From IMG/VR virus record IMGVR_UViG_3300050120_000361, positions 1 through 64,000 of that record: a DNA stretch of 64,000 nucleotides; one strand, given 5' to 3'. Within the stretch, counting starts at the first letter, position 1. Each line of letters starts with the position of its first letter. Made by a program: the position numbers and the translations under genes. Of the stretch, positions 34,581 through 41,738 are shown one piece after another. Under the pieces are notes generated by a model, which saw only the letters and a program-made list of their open reading frames with translations, had not been told where the DNA came from and did not search any database.

Positions 34581-34804
34581 GTTTTAATGACTTTACGTTT
34601 CCTAACCAAAAGTGTAATGACACCAATCAATAAGTACAGCGGTCCCAGTAAAAAGCTAAAGAGAATATATGCAACCCACCAAAATGGTTTCCGATTTTCA
34701 TAGTGTTCTGGTCGGGTTTTTCTTAAAATGAAGTATGCTGCTACGCCTTGTATTGCCCATAGCAAACGAGCAATTTCCACATTATCTTTAATTAGTTGTA
34801 TCAT
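34568..34804 (-). CDS. small membrane protein, AT-rich
   Basis: 78 aa, two hydrophobic segments; lower GC than neighbours. Confidence 0.65.
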   Translation of the reverse strand: MIQLIKDNVEIARLLWAIQGVAAYFILRKTRPEHYENRKPFWWVAYILFSFLLGPLYLLIGVITLLVRKRKVIKTCLK

Positions 34805-34821
34805 TTGTTTTCCATTGATTT

Positions 34822-35061
34822 TTATCGTGTTTTCCTTATGGCCTTGACGGCCCGCCAGACCGTTCTCCTGTCGGTTCGGTGCTCCCTGACCGTCATGTCC
34901 ACCGATTTGCTTATGCCGTTTCCCATCTCCATCTACGCGGCAACCGAGTAGAAATACTTCGAATACCTGAAATACTTAGGCGATATGAAGCCCGTGCCTA
35001 TGAGGTATTCGAGCGTACCGTCCTGTTCCGCATTCAGCAGAACCTCCTTCTTCTCAAGCAT
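34822..35061 (-). pseudogene. small HTH-like gene interrupted by in-frame TAG
   Basis: MLEKKEV...YSVAA*MEMGNGISKSVDMTVREHRTDRRTVWRAVKAIRKTR; TAG at 34933-34935. Confidence 0.55.
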
Positions 35062-35066
35062 GTCAG

Positions 35067-35405
35067 TCAGAGTCTGGGTGAGAGAACGAGCCGCCCATTT
35101 TCATTAAAAAGAATACGGCGCAACCCCAGAAAATACCAACTTATCTGCATCAGCATCTTCTCGTTCGACTCCCTCCTGCTTTCGGGAAGGTCGCTTATCT
35201 CCATGGAGTGCACTCGAAGCAGCGCCTGAGTTATTCCGAGCACCTCGCACATATTCTTGATGGTTCCTGGGTGCGGCCTGACCTTGTTTGACTCTATGTG
35301 AGAGAGCGCCGTCTGCGTTATACCAACCGCCCTGGCGAACTCAACCTGTCCGATGCCCAAGCCGCTCGCCCTGCGAAGGTCTTTTACGGCCTTTCCGAGG
35401 TTCAT
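35067..35405 (-). CDS. XRE-family HTH transcriptional regulator
   Basis: LGKAVKDLRR...QVEFARAVGITQTALSHIESNK..P. Confidence 0.85.
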   Translation of the reverse strand: MNLGKAVKDLRRASGLGIGQVEFARAVGITQTALSHIESNKVRPHPGTIKNMCEVLGITQALLRVHSMEISDLPESRRESNEKMLMQISWYFLGLRRILFNENGRLVLSPRL

Positions 35406-36088
35406 GGCTTGCTCCCCTTCCAAACGAATATCCTGTTCAGGGACTGGTCCGCCGCGCGCGTTATAAGCCATGGGAATTGTAGTTCCTCGTGAGGAAGCTT
35501 GAGTAGGGGCTCGTTCCTGTGGGTCTTCAGGTTGCCGACCATCACGTACATCTTAAGCAGCTTCAGGAAGCCCATGGTGTCCGGTCCGTAGACGTTCCCG
35601 CTCTGGGTGGCGTCATCGAACCTGTGGGTTATGAAGCACCCGAAAGCAGTGTCCGAGGCGTAGTGCCTGATGGCCTCGGTCGCCTCCATCTTCACGACGT
35701 CTTCGGGGTACTCGGTTGGCGGCTGCTTAAGAGCGAGCATGTACATTCGGTACTCGAGAGAGTCGTGCATCTTTGAGTCGGTTATGGGGAACCCGAGGTC
35801 CCTGCCTATGGCGCCGTTTCCGCAACCTATTTCGACCCTTCGGCCCACGCAGCAGTTGGACACCCAGTCGGAAAGCTCCCTTGTGGGCACCACGTACATC
35901 CCGTGCTTCCACATGAAGGTCTGCACGGCGTCCAATCCCCAATCATTCCAGAAAGCCGCTGACCTTACGATTAGCTTGTTGCCGTTCAGGAACTGCTTCT
36001 CCATTTTCATGAGAGTTTCCTGGGACACTCCTCCGAGACGGGTCCCCTGCGGCGCCTTTACAGTTTCATGCATGACGCCTCCTTCCAT
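35402..36088 (-). CDS. class I SAM-methyltransferase-like protein
   Basis: YVVPTREL...VEIGCGNG glycine-rich motif I. Confidence 0.55.
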   Translation of the reverse strand: MEGGVMHETVKAPQGTRLGGVSQETLMKMEKQFLNGNKLIVRSAAFWNDWGLDAVQTFMWKHGMYVVPTRELSDWVSNCCVGRRVEIGCGNGAIGRDLGFPITDSKMHDSLEYRMYMLALKQPPTEYPEDVVKMEATEAIRHYASDTAFGCFITHRFDDATQSGNVYGPDTMGFLKLLKMYVMVGNLKTHRNEPLLKLPHEELQFPWLITRAADQSLNRIFVWKGSKP

Positions 36089-36786
36089 GGGAACACGTGG
36101 TTGGGGTGCAGGTTGATGCGGAGCAGCTGCCTGTTGCAGTGGAACCCGGGCGCAATCCCCTCGTGGATGCCCAGCGCGTTGACGTAGTAGACGGTGTTCG
36201 CGTCCATTGGAACCATCTCCAATCCGTCAAGCGATACCTGCGAGCAGTCCCCGCCAGGCAGTATGTTCCCCTCGAACCGTCCGCGCCAGCCGTTGCATGC
36301 GTAGACGTTGGAGAGCATCAGCATTCCGCCGTGCGTCTCGTCTTTTGAAGCTCCTGGGTAGTGGTCATGTCCCGGATGCCTACGGTGCCCGTGTCCTGAC
36401 CCTAAGTCATGCACGCCCTTGACAGGCACGTGGTCTGGATGAGCTGTTGGCACAACAGCCCTGTGGTACGGCATGCCGTCAGTGTGTCGGCCGCTTCCAG
36501 CGCCGTCGTGTGCCGTCGCGCCTTCATGCCAGTTGTAGTCCACGTGCACTCCCGGCCTGCGATGCACTTGGTTCGGCTTGAGCCACTTCTCGTCGATTGT
36601 TACGTAGGCCGTTATCTCCCGCTCGGGGAGCTGGCGCGCTATTTGCTGCAGCGCGACCGACCAGTCCGCGAAAGCGATGGGCAGGACCAGCTGGTCCATC
36701 CTTACCTTCTCCATGTATAGGAGCCTGTCGCCCCTGAACGGGGGCATGTCCACCGCGTACGGCAGACCCTGTATCACGCTTTCCAT
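36058..36786 (-). CDS. 2OG-Fe(II) oxygenase-like protein
   Basis: RRPGVHVD (HxD), distal HE, RQLLRI; His-rich insert. Confidence 0.6.
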   Translation of the reverse strand: MESVIQGLPYAVDMPPFRGDRLLYMEKVRMDQLVLPIAFADWSVALQQIARQLPEREITAYVTIDEKWLKPNQVHRRPGVHVDYNWHEGATAHDGAGSGRHTDGMPYHRAVVPTAHPDHVPVKGVHDLGSGHGHRRHPGHDHYPGASKDETHGGMLMLSNVYACNGWRGRFEGNILPGGDCSQVSLDGLEMVPMDANTVYYVNALGIHEGIAPGFHCNRQLLRINLHPNHVFPWKEASCMKL

Positions 36787-36789
36787 GTC

Positions 36790-36936
36790 CTATCTGAAGG
36801 CGTTATCGAAAATGTTTGGTGTCTTCGGCTGTGGCGGGACCTGCTGCTTGGGCGCGAATAGGGCCGTTGTGAACTCCTTTGATGCTGGCTGCTTGATGCG
36901 GGGCCTCTTGGCTTTTTGATTGTTCTGGTTTATCAT
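36790..36936 (-). CDS. hypothetical protein (48 aa)
   Basis: read by hand, MINQNNQKAK...NAFR. Confidence 0.55.
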   Translation of the reverse strand: MINQNNQKAKRPRIKQPASKEFTTALFAPKQQVPPQPKTPNIFDNAFR

Positions 36937-36958
36937 GATTTTTGGATTTGTTTTCTGT

Positions 36959-37537
36959 TTACTTCCTTAGGTTCCGCAGGTCTTCGACAATGGATGCCAG
37001 CAGAGATATGCGCATGTCGTCCAGTTCCTCGAAATCGAACTCGTTGTGCCTCTGCTCCTTTGTCTTCTGCGCTATTTCCAGAGCGGTCTTGTACTTCAGC
37101 AGGTCCCTGTCTATCAGGGCCTGCATAGGATAGTAGTCGAACAGGGCCCAGCACAGGCACTTGAAGCGCCACGAGCCCTTCACGGCCGCGTACTGCATAA
37201 GGGAGTGCACCATCACCATTCCCTCTGTTCCCGAGTACAGCTTCGAATAGTCCTCGGCGGTGATGGGGCGCTCGTCCCCGTATATCGCGAGCCTGGTGCT
37301 GATGTCATTTGCGCATTGGTGCCAAAGCTCCCAAGTAACTAATGAGTCTTTGTCCCATTTCTGCATTCCCTCGCTGCCGTGGGCTATCCCGTATATGACC
37401 TCTATCTGGTACCGCAGGCAAGACTGCAGCTCCCCGTTCCCGAACATGAAGTGCATTAGAGACGCCTTGTCCCTGTTGGTCATAAGGTCGCTATTAGCGT
37501 TTGTATGCTCAGAGTAGTTGTATATTGTTTCTTCCAT
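36959..37537 (-). CDS. hypothetical protein
   Basis: 192 aa. Confidence 0.75.
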   Translation of the reverse strand: MEETIYNYSEHTNANSDLMTNRDKASLMHFMFGNGELQSCLRYQIEVIYGIAHGSEGMQKWDKDSLVTWELWHQCANDISTRLAIYGDERPITAEDYSKLYSGTEGMVMVHSLMQYAAVKGSWRFKCLCWALFDYYPMQALIDRDLLKYKTALEIAQKTKEQRHNEFDFEELDDMRISLLASIVEDLRNLRK

Positions 37538-37538
37538 A

Positions 37539-37775
37539 TCAGTTTTGTATTGTCTCCATTATGCCGTATTTCTGTACCATCTTCTCATAGCACCCTCGGC
37601 CGATAAGCGCCGTTTTCTCATCGGTTCTATCGGCCTTCCTGAACCAGGGGTTTTCAGTGTGCACCACTATTCGCAGAGCCTCCTGTCCGGAAACTATCTT
37701 TTGCTTGCAGCGTTCGCAGTGCCTTCCATCAGGAACTTTGGCGTTATTGTCTGGGTCTAAGTAGTACCAATCCAT
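37539..37775 (-). CDS. small CxxC protein
   Basis: 78 aa; HCERC...GRGC. Confidence 0.65.
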   Translation of the reverse strand: MDWYYLDPDNNAKVPDGRHCERCKQKIVSGQEALRIVVHTENPWFRKADRTDEKTALIGRGCYEKMVQKYGIMETIQN

Positions 37776-37858
37776 GTTCGCAATTTGGTTAAATGAAAAC
37801 GCCCGCAACTACCAAACGATAGTATGCGGGCGCATGTCAGTATTTGGTTACATTACAT

Positions 37859-37885
37859 ATATCCTATGGGAATATGCCGTATTGG
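37859..37885 (-). promoter_or_regulatory. phage promoter-like motif (one mismatch)
   Basis: CCAATAC-N13-AGGATAT. Confidence 0.55.
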
Positions 37886-37906
37886 ATAACCGGCCGAATT
37901 CGGGCA

Positions 37907-38491
37907 TTATTTTTGGGCGTCCAGCTTGTCCATGATTGCCTTAAGGCCCTGCAGTGTCGCGACGCTCACATCTGTCAGCTTGTTCGGAACGGCTGGGAAG
38001 TGGAGCGGCACTGTGGACGCGATGTACTTCATGTTGTGCTCGATGTATATGTCCTCGGGCGTGAAGCCGAAGACCCCGTCGCCGTTGGTCCCGTAGCTTC
38101 CGTCCTCAGCGGGCGAGGGGAGCACCCCGTACCCTCCGCCGGAGCCGCCGTACACGAGCTGCATGGTATTCGTAAGCTGGCTGTTGACGGATGAGACCTT
38201 GTTTATCTGGTAGTACCCCACAGGCACACGGTCCCCCTCTATGAACACGTACATGTAGAACACCACGCCGCGGTCGTTCATCAGCAGGAAGCGCTTTATA
38301 AGGTTCTCCCGCTCGAGCGACCACTTAACGTTTGGAGGAGGCTGCGTCCTGTTCAGGGAGCGCTGGTTCAGCTCCGTATGGGCCTGCTCATCCTTGGCCG
38401 AGGTGTTCGATGGCCTGTCGTCGCAGCCCTCCGAGGACATCAGTGCGAATAGCCCGATGCATGCTATTATTGTCAGTAGTCTGGTTTTCAT
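37907..38491 (-). CDS. lipoprotein
   Basis: signal peptide + EGC; WSLERENL, KVSSVNSQLT, EDGSYG. Confidence 0.75.
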   Translation of the reverse strand: MKTRLLTIIACIGLFALMSSEGCDDRPSNTSAKDEQAHTELNQRSLNRTQPPPNVKWSLERENLIKRFLLMNDRGVVFYMYVFIEGDRVPVGYYQINKVSSVNSQLTNTMQLVYGGSGGGYGVLPSPAEDGSYGTNGDGVFGFTPEDIYIEHNMKYIASTVPLHFPAVPNKLTDVSVATLQGLKAIMDKLDAQK

Positions 38492-38503
38492 TTCCTTATG
38501 TTT

Positions 38504-38881
38504 TTACGGTGTTTGTGTGCAAATGGTGTTTGGGTCCAATTGGTACGGAAGGTCCTTGCGCTTCCACAGGCTTTTGCGGAACTTGTGCGTGTTTGCGTTG
38601 TATTCGCTGACAACCTTTGACAGGTTCATCTCAAGGGCGGATATGCGGTCCTCGTTGGAGAAGTTCGCGTCGCTCGTCTTCTTCGCCTTAAGCACCTGTA
38701 TGTTCTGGCATATCTTCTGGCAGGCGGCGTACTCGTCCTCGAACTCCTCGTACGAGCTTATAACGTTTTCGGTGCTGACGGTGGCGTCGAACAGGCCCAC
38801 TCCGGTATTGCATGACCGTATCACGAGTCCTGCGAATATCAGGCCGACAACAATTCCTATTATCTGTAGCGTGGTTTTCAT
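38504..38881 (-). CDS. membrane-anchored helical protein (LemA-like C-terminal pattern)
   Basis: N-terminal TM, coiled coil, YNA...LP.QL. Confidence 0.65.
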   Translation of the reverse strand: MKTTLQIIGIVVGLIFAGLVIRSCNTGVGLFDATVSTENVISSYEEFEDEYAACQKICQNIQVLKAKKTSDANFSNEDRISALEMNLSKVVSEYNANTHKFRKSLWKRKDLPYQLDPNTICTQTP

Positions 38882-39660
38882 ATCGATGTCTCTCCTCCCC
38901 TTCTTCTGTTATTGGTTTTCGGCGCGTTTGCCTGTTTCGGCTTGGCGGCATCGCCGTCCGCCTGCTTCTTACTGCGCGGCTGCTGTGCTCTTTTCTTTGC
39001 TGGAACCGCAGGGTCCTTGGGGTCTCCCTTGGCTTTAACGAACTTCGACACCTTAGCTGGGTCGGCCGCACCCGGGTGGGTGTCCGAGCGCTTGTCGCGA
39101 GCTATCTGCGAGGCCATAGCCTCGGCCGTCATCTGCGGCTTGTCGGAACCGAGTATCTGCTTTGCCTGCTCGCGCTTGTCCTGAGCGTGAGCGACCTCCT
39201 TCTTGCCGCGCTCCCCAGGCTCGTTCCTGTAGTTTCCGTCGTGGTAGAAGCGCATGTCGGCCGTAACTTTGGTAAGGTCAACGATTATCGGAGGTATGGT
39301 CCACCACTGGTAGTCCAGTCCGGCCATCTGCAGCGGGTTGATTGTCACCACGTCCTGTGTTACAAGGGTCTTGGTGAACCTGTGCGCTTCCCACACGCTC
39401 AGCGGGTAGTGCTGGCGCAGTATCTCGCGCTCCAGCTGGTACGGCAGGCAGTCGGCTGACTTCACTATCAGGTGCCATGTCGTGGCACTGCTCAGGCCGT
39501 GCCACCTCTTCTTGCGCACTCCCCTGTAGAGTTCAAGCCTGTTGCGGCTCGTCATTGTCTGAATTTCCTCCACTTTGTAGTGGACCGGCTTCAGCTTCTT
39601 CCAGGCGGCCGTCTTCTCGTCCTCGGACAGCTGACGCTCCTGTTGTCTTTCATTGCTCAT
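38878..39660 (-). CDS. hypothetical protein with basic low-complexity tail
   Basis: 260 aa. Confidence 0.75.
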   Translation of the reverse strand: MSNERQQERQLSEDEKTAAWKKLKPVHYKVEEIQTMTSRNRLELYRGVRKKRWHGLSSATTWHLIVKSADCLPYQLEREILRQHYPLSVWEAHRFTKTLVTQDVVTINPLQMAGLDYQWWTIPPIIVDLTKVTADMRFYHDGNYRNEPGERGKKEVAHAQDKREQAKQILGSDKPQMTAEAMASQIARDKRSDTHPGAADPAKVSKFVKAKGDPKDPAVPAKKRAQQPRSKKQADGDAAKPKQANAPKTNNRRRGGETSI

Positions 39661-39696
39661 TGGCTTTTCGTTTTTGGTTTCTATTTATCGGTTAAT

Positions 39697-39906
39697 TTAT
39701 TCGTATCCGTCGTAGCCTTCCCAGTTTAGGGAGGTGTTGTTTGCCCGCTGCTCAACCGCGAATGTCCTGATGCGGTGCACGCGCTGTGCGTGCGTCTCGC
39801 CGGCGTGCTCCGCCTTCTTGGCCTTAGACTTCGCGCGGTTCCTGTTGGCGCCGTTGGGTCTGTGCTTATTCCTGCTGCCGGCCATGCTTTTCGGTATCGG
39901 TTTCAT
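39697..39906 (-). CDS. small basic protein
   Basis: 69 aa (start may be 39885); R/K-rich. Confidence 0.6.
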   Translation of the reverse strand: MKPIPKSMAGSRNKHRPNGANRNRAKSKAKKAEHAGETHAQRVHRIRTFAVEQRANNTSLNWEGYDGYE

Positions 39907-40228
39907 TGCCTTCCCTGTGGCTCAAAAGGGCCTCTTTTATCTCACGGATTGGAGTCACCATGTCATCAGATTTCTCCCAAGCCCTAACCACATTCCTGAG
40001 AAGGGATATGCACTTCAGGTGGGCGCCCACGCCATTGGTCTTGGAATTGGACCAGGTTACCATTACCCCGTAATTGACCGTCTGCCTTGTTGCAATGTCC
40101 GTGTCGCTCATTTGGTCGATGCGGGTTTCAAGCAGTATCGGAGTAATTGTGTGGACGCGCTTTTCGGGGTTGTCGAGCTGCCATTCGGCAAGCTCATCGT
40201 CTGTTTCGAATTGTTGGAAGTGTATCAT
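39866..40228 (-). CDS. hypothetical protein
   Basis: 120 aa. Confidence 0.65.
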   Translation of the reverse strand: MIHFQQFETDDELAEWQLDNPEKRVHTITPILLETRIDQMSDTDIATRQTVNYGVMVTWSNSKTNGVGAHLKCISLLRNVVRAWEKSDDMVTPIREIKEALLSHREGNETDTEKHGRQQE

Positions 40229-40238
40229 TTCTGTGTTG

Positions 40239-40802
40239 TTATTTCAATAGGTGCTTTGATGGGTCGACGCGGAAGTCCCAGCCCCATTGGAGCATGGACT
40301 GACAGGCGCGCGGGTACAGTTCCCGAGCGTTTCCCATGGGTTCGCCGCGCCTTTCCATCTTATTGGCCAGCCCTTTCCATTGCCTGCTGACGAATGAACG
40401 GAACCTGTCTATCTGCCTCGCGTCGTCGTATGTGCGCCTGCCCGAATGGTAGTTGATGTACCACTGGTACCAGCCGTAAGGGTCCATTGGGTCGAGCAGT
40501 CCCTTGTCGCGCCACCAAAAGAAATCTAAACCAGCCCTTATGTGAAAGTGGTTCACTTTCTTGAAGTCTGGGCAGTTCCTCAGGTTCGGCCACGAAAGTA
40601 TTTCTGGGGTTTTGTCCGCCTGCCTGTCGAATTCCGTATTAGGAATAGCCTGCTCGTAAAAGTACCCGCCCCCAAAGACGCCCATAAGAGCCATCTCTTC
40701 AGGGGTGTGGCATGTGCTGAAGTATTCGCTGTACTTGTTCATATTTTGCTTATACCTGTAAAAGCCGGCGAAAGTTTCCGCCGGCTTGTTTTTGATTTTC
40801 AT
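40239..40802 (-). CDS. conserved hypothetical protein (family also seen in giant viruses and eukaryotes)
   Basis: TPEEM..GVFGG.YF, DPYGWYQWY..Y..GRR..DD.RQI.R. Confidence 0.6.
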   Translation of the reverse strand: MKIKNKPAETFAGFYRYKQNMNKYSEYFSTCHTPEEMALMGVFGGGYFYEQAIPNTEFDRQADKTPEILSWPNLRNCPDFKKVNHFHIRAGLDFFWWRDKGLLDPMDPYGWYQWYINYHSGRRTYDDARQIDRFRSFVSRQWKGLANKMERRGEPMGNARELYPRACQSMLQWGWDFRVDPSKHLLK

Positions 40803-40830
40803 GGATTTTTAAATTTGTTTATGAAATCCA

Positions 40831-40858
40831 CTATCCCGTGGGATGTTCCGTTATAGGG
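40831..40858 (-). promoter_or_regulatory. phage promoter-like motif
   Basis: CCCTATAA-N13-GGGATAG. Confidence 0.75.
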
Positions 40859-40874
40859 TATCGGATAATGTGCG

Positions 40875-41546
40875 TCACTTCCGCCTGTGCTTGGGAACCC
40901 GCTGGACCTCAACCTCCGCCGGCCTGGAACGGTCGAGGTCCTCCTGCATCGTGGCGCGTATGGACTCCTCGTACTGCAGCTGCGTCCTGCCGGCAAGCTC
41001 CCTGTTTATGAAGGTGTTGACGACCGTGACGTTCTTGCCGTGCTTGTTTCCCAGCAGGAAGCCGCCGTCGACCACTCCGAACACCTCTTCCTCCTCGTTC
41101 CTGAGCAGCTTGAACACGACCTCGGCGTTAGCGTCGAAGAAGGCCTCAATCATGTCCATTGGCTGGACTATGCCCTTTCCGAGCCGTTCGTTCCATCGCT
41201 TGACCGCGTGGCTGTTGACCACTATGAACCCCTCCCTGAAGTCCTTGGCGGAGTTCACGGATATGGCCCGTATGCCCTTGGAGGTGTAGAAGTACACGAG
41301 CATGGTGCACCAGACGGCCTTGTCCCGCCCGGGCACCTTGTCTATCAGTATCATCCAGGTGTTCTTCCGCTTCGTCTTAATCATGAAGCGCCTCTTCCAC
41401 GTCTGGGAGTTGGGCACCTTGGCCTTCTGGCGGGCCCTGAGGTACTCGTCCTGCAGTCGCGACAGGGTGCTCGAGGTCCTTATCACCTCGGCGTCGGCCC
41501 GCGCCTCAGCGCACGCCTGGTCGAGAGTCATCGTCTCCAGTATCAT
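40875..41546 (-). CDS. hypothetical protein
   Basis: 223 aa from ATG 41546 (ATGA coupling). Confidence 0.75.
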   Translation of the reverse strand: MILETMTLDQACAEARADAEVIRTSSTLSRLQDEYLRARQKAKVPNSQTWKRRFMIKTKRKNTWMILIDKVPGRDKAVWCTMLVYFYTSKGIRAISVNSAKDFREGFIVVNSHAVKRWNERLGKGIVQPMDMIEAFFDANAEVVFKLLRNEEEEVFGVVDGGFLLGNKHGKNVTVVNTFINRELAGRTQLQYEESIRATMQEDLDRSRPAEVEVQRVPKHRRK

Positions 41547-41731
41547 TTCCTGGGCCCTTTCCAAACGAACCAGATTGCGAACAGGACGCAGGCGAGCACT
41601 ATGCCAAGTCCGACCTTCCACCAAAAGGGTATGTCAAGGGTCATGCAGTACGCCAGCATGTGAGCAGCTACAATGGCGTTTCCGGTCACTGCGTACTTTA
41701 TGGGGGAATTGTTAGGGTATAGCTTGTTCAT
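41543..41731 (-). CDS. small membrane protein
   Basis: 62 aa, two hydrophobic segments. Confidence 0.7.
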   Translation of the reverse strand: MNKLYPNNSPIKYAVTGNAIVAAHMLAYCMTLDIPFWWKVGLGIVLACVLFAIWFVWKGPRK

Positions 41732-41738
41732 GTCCTTA

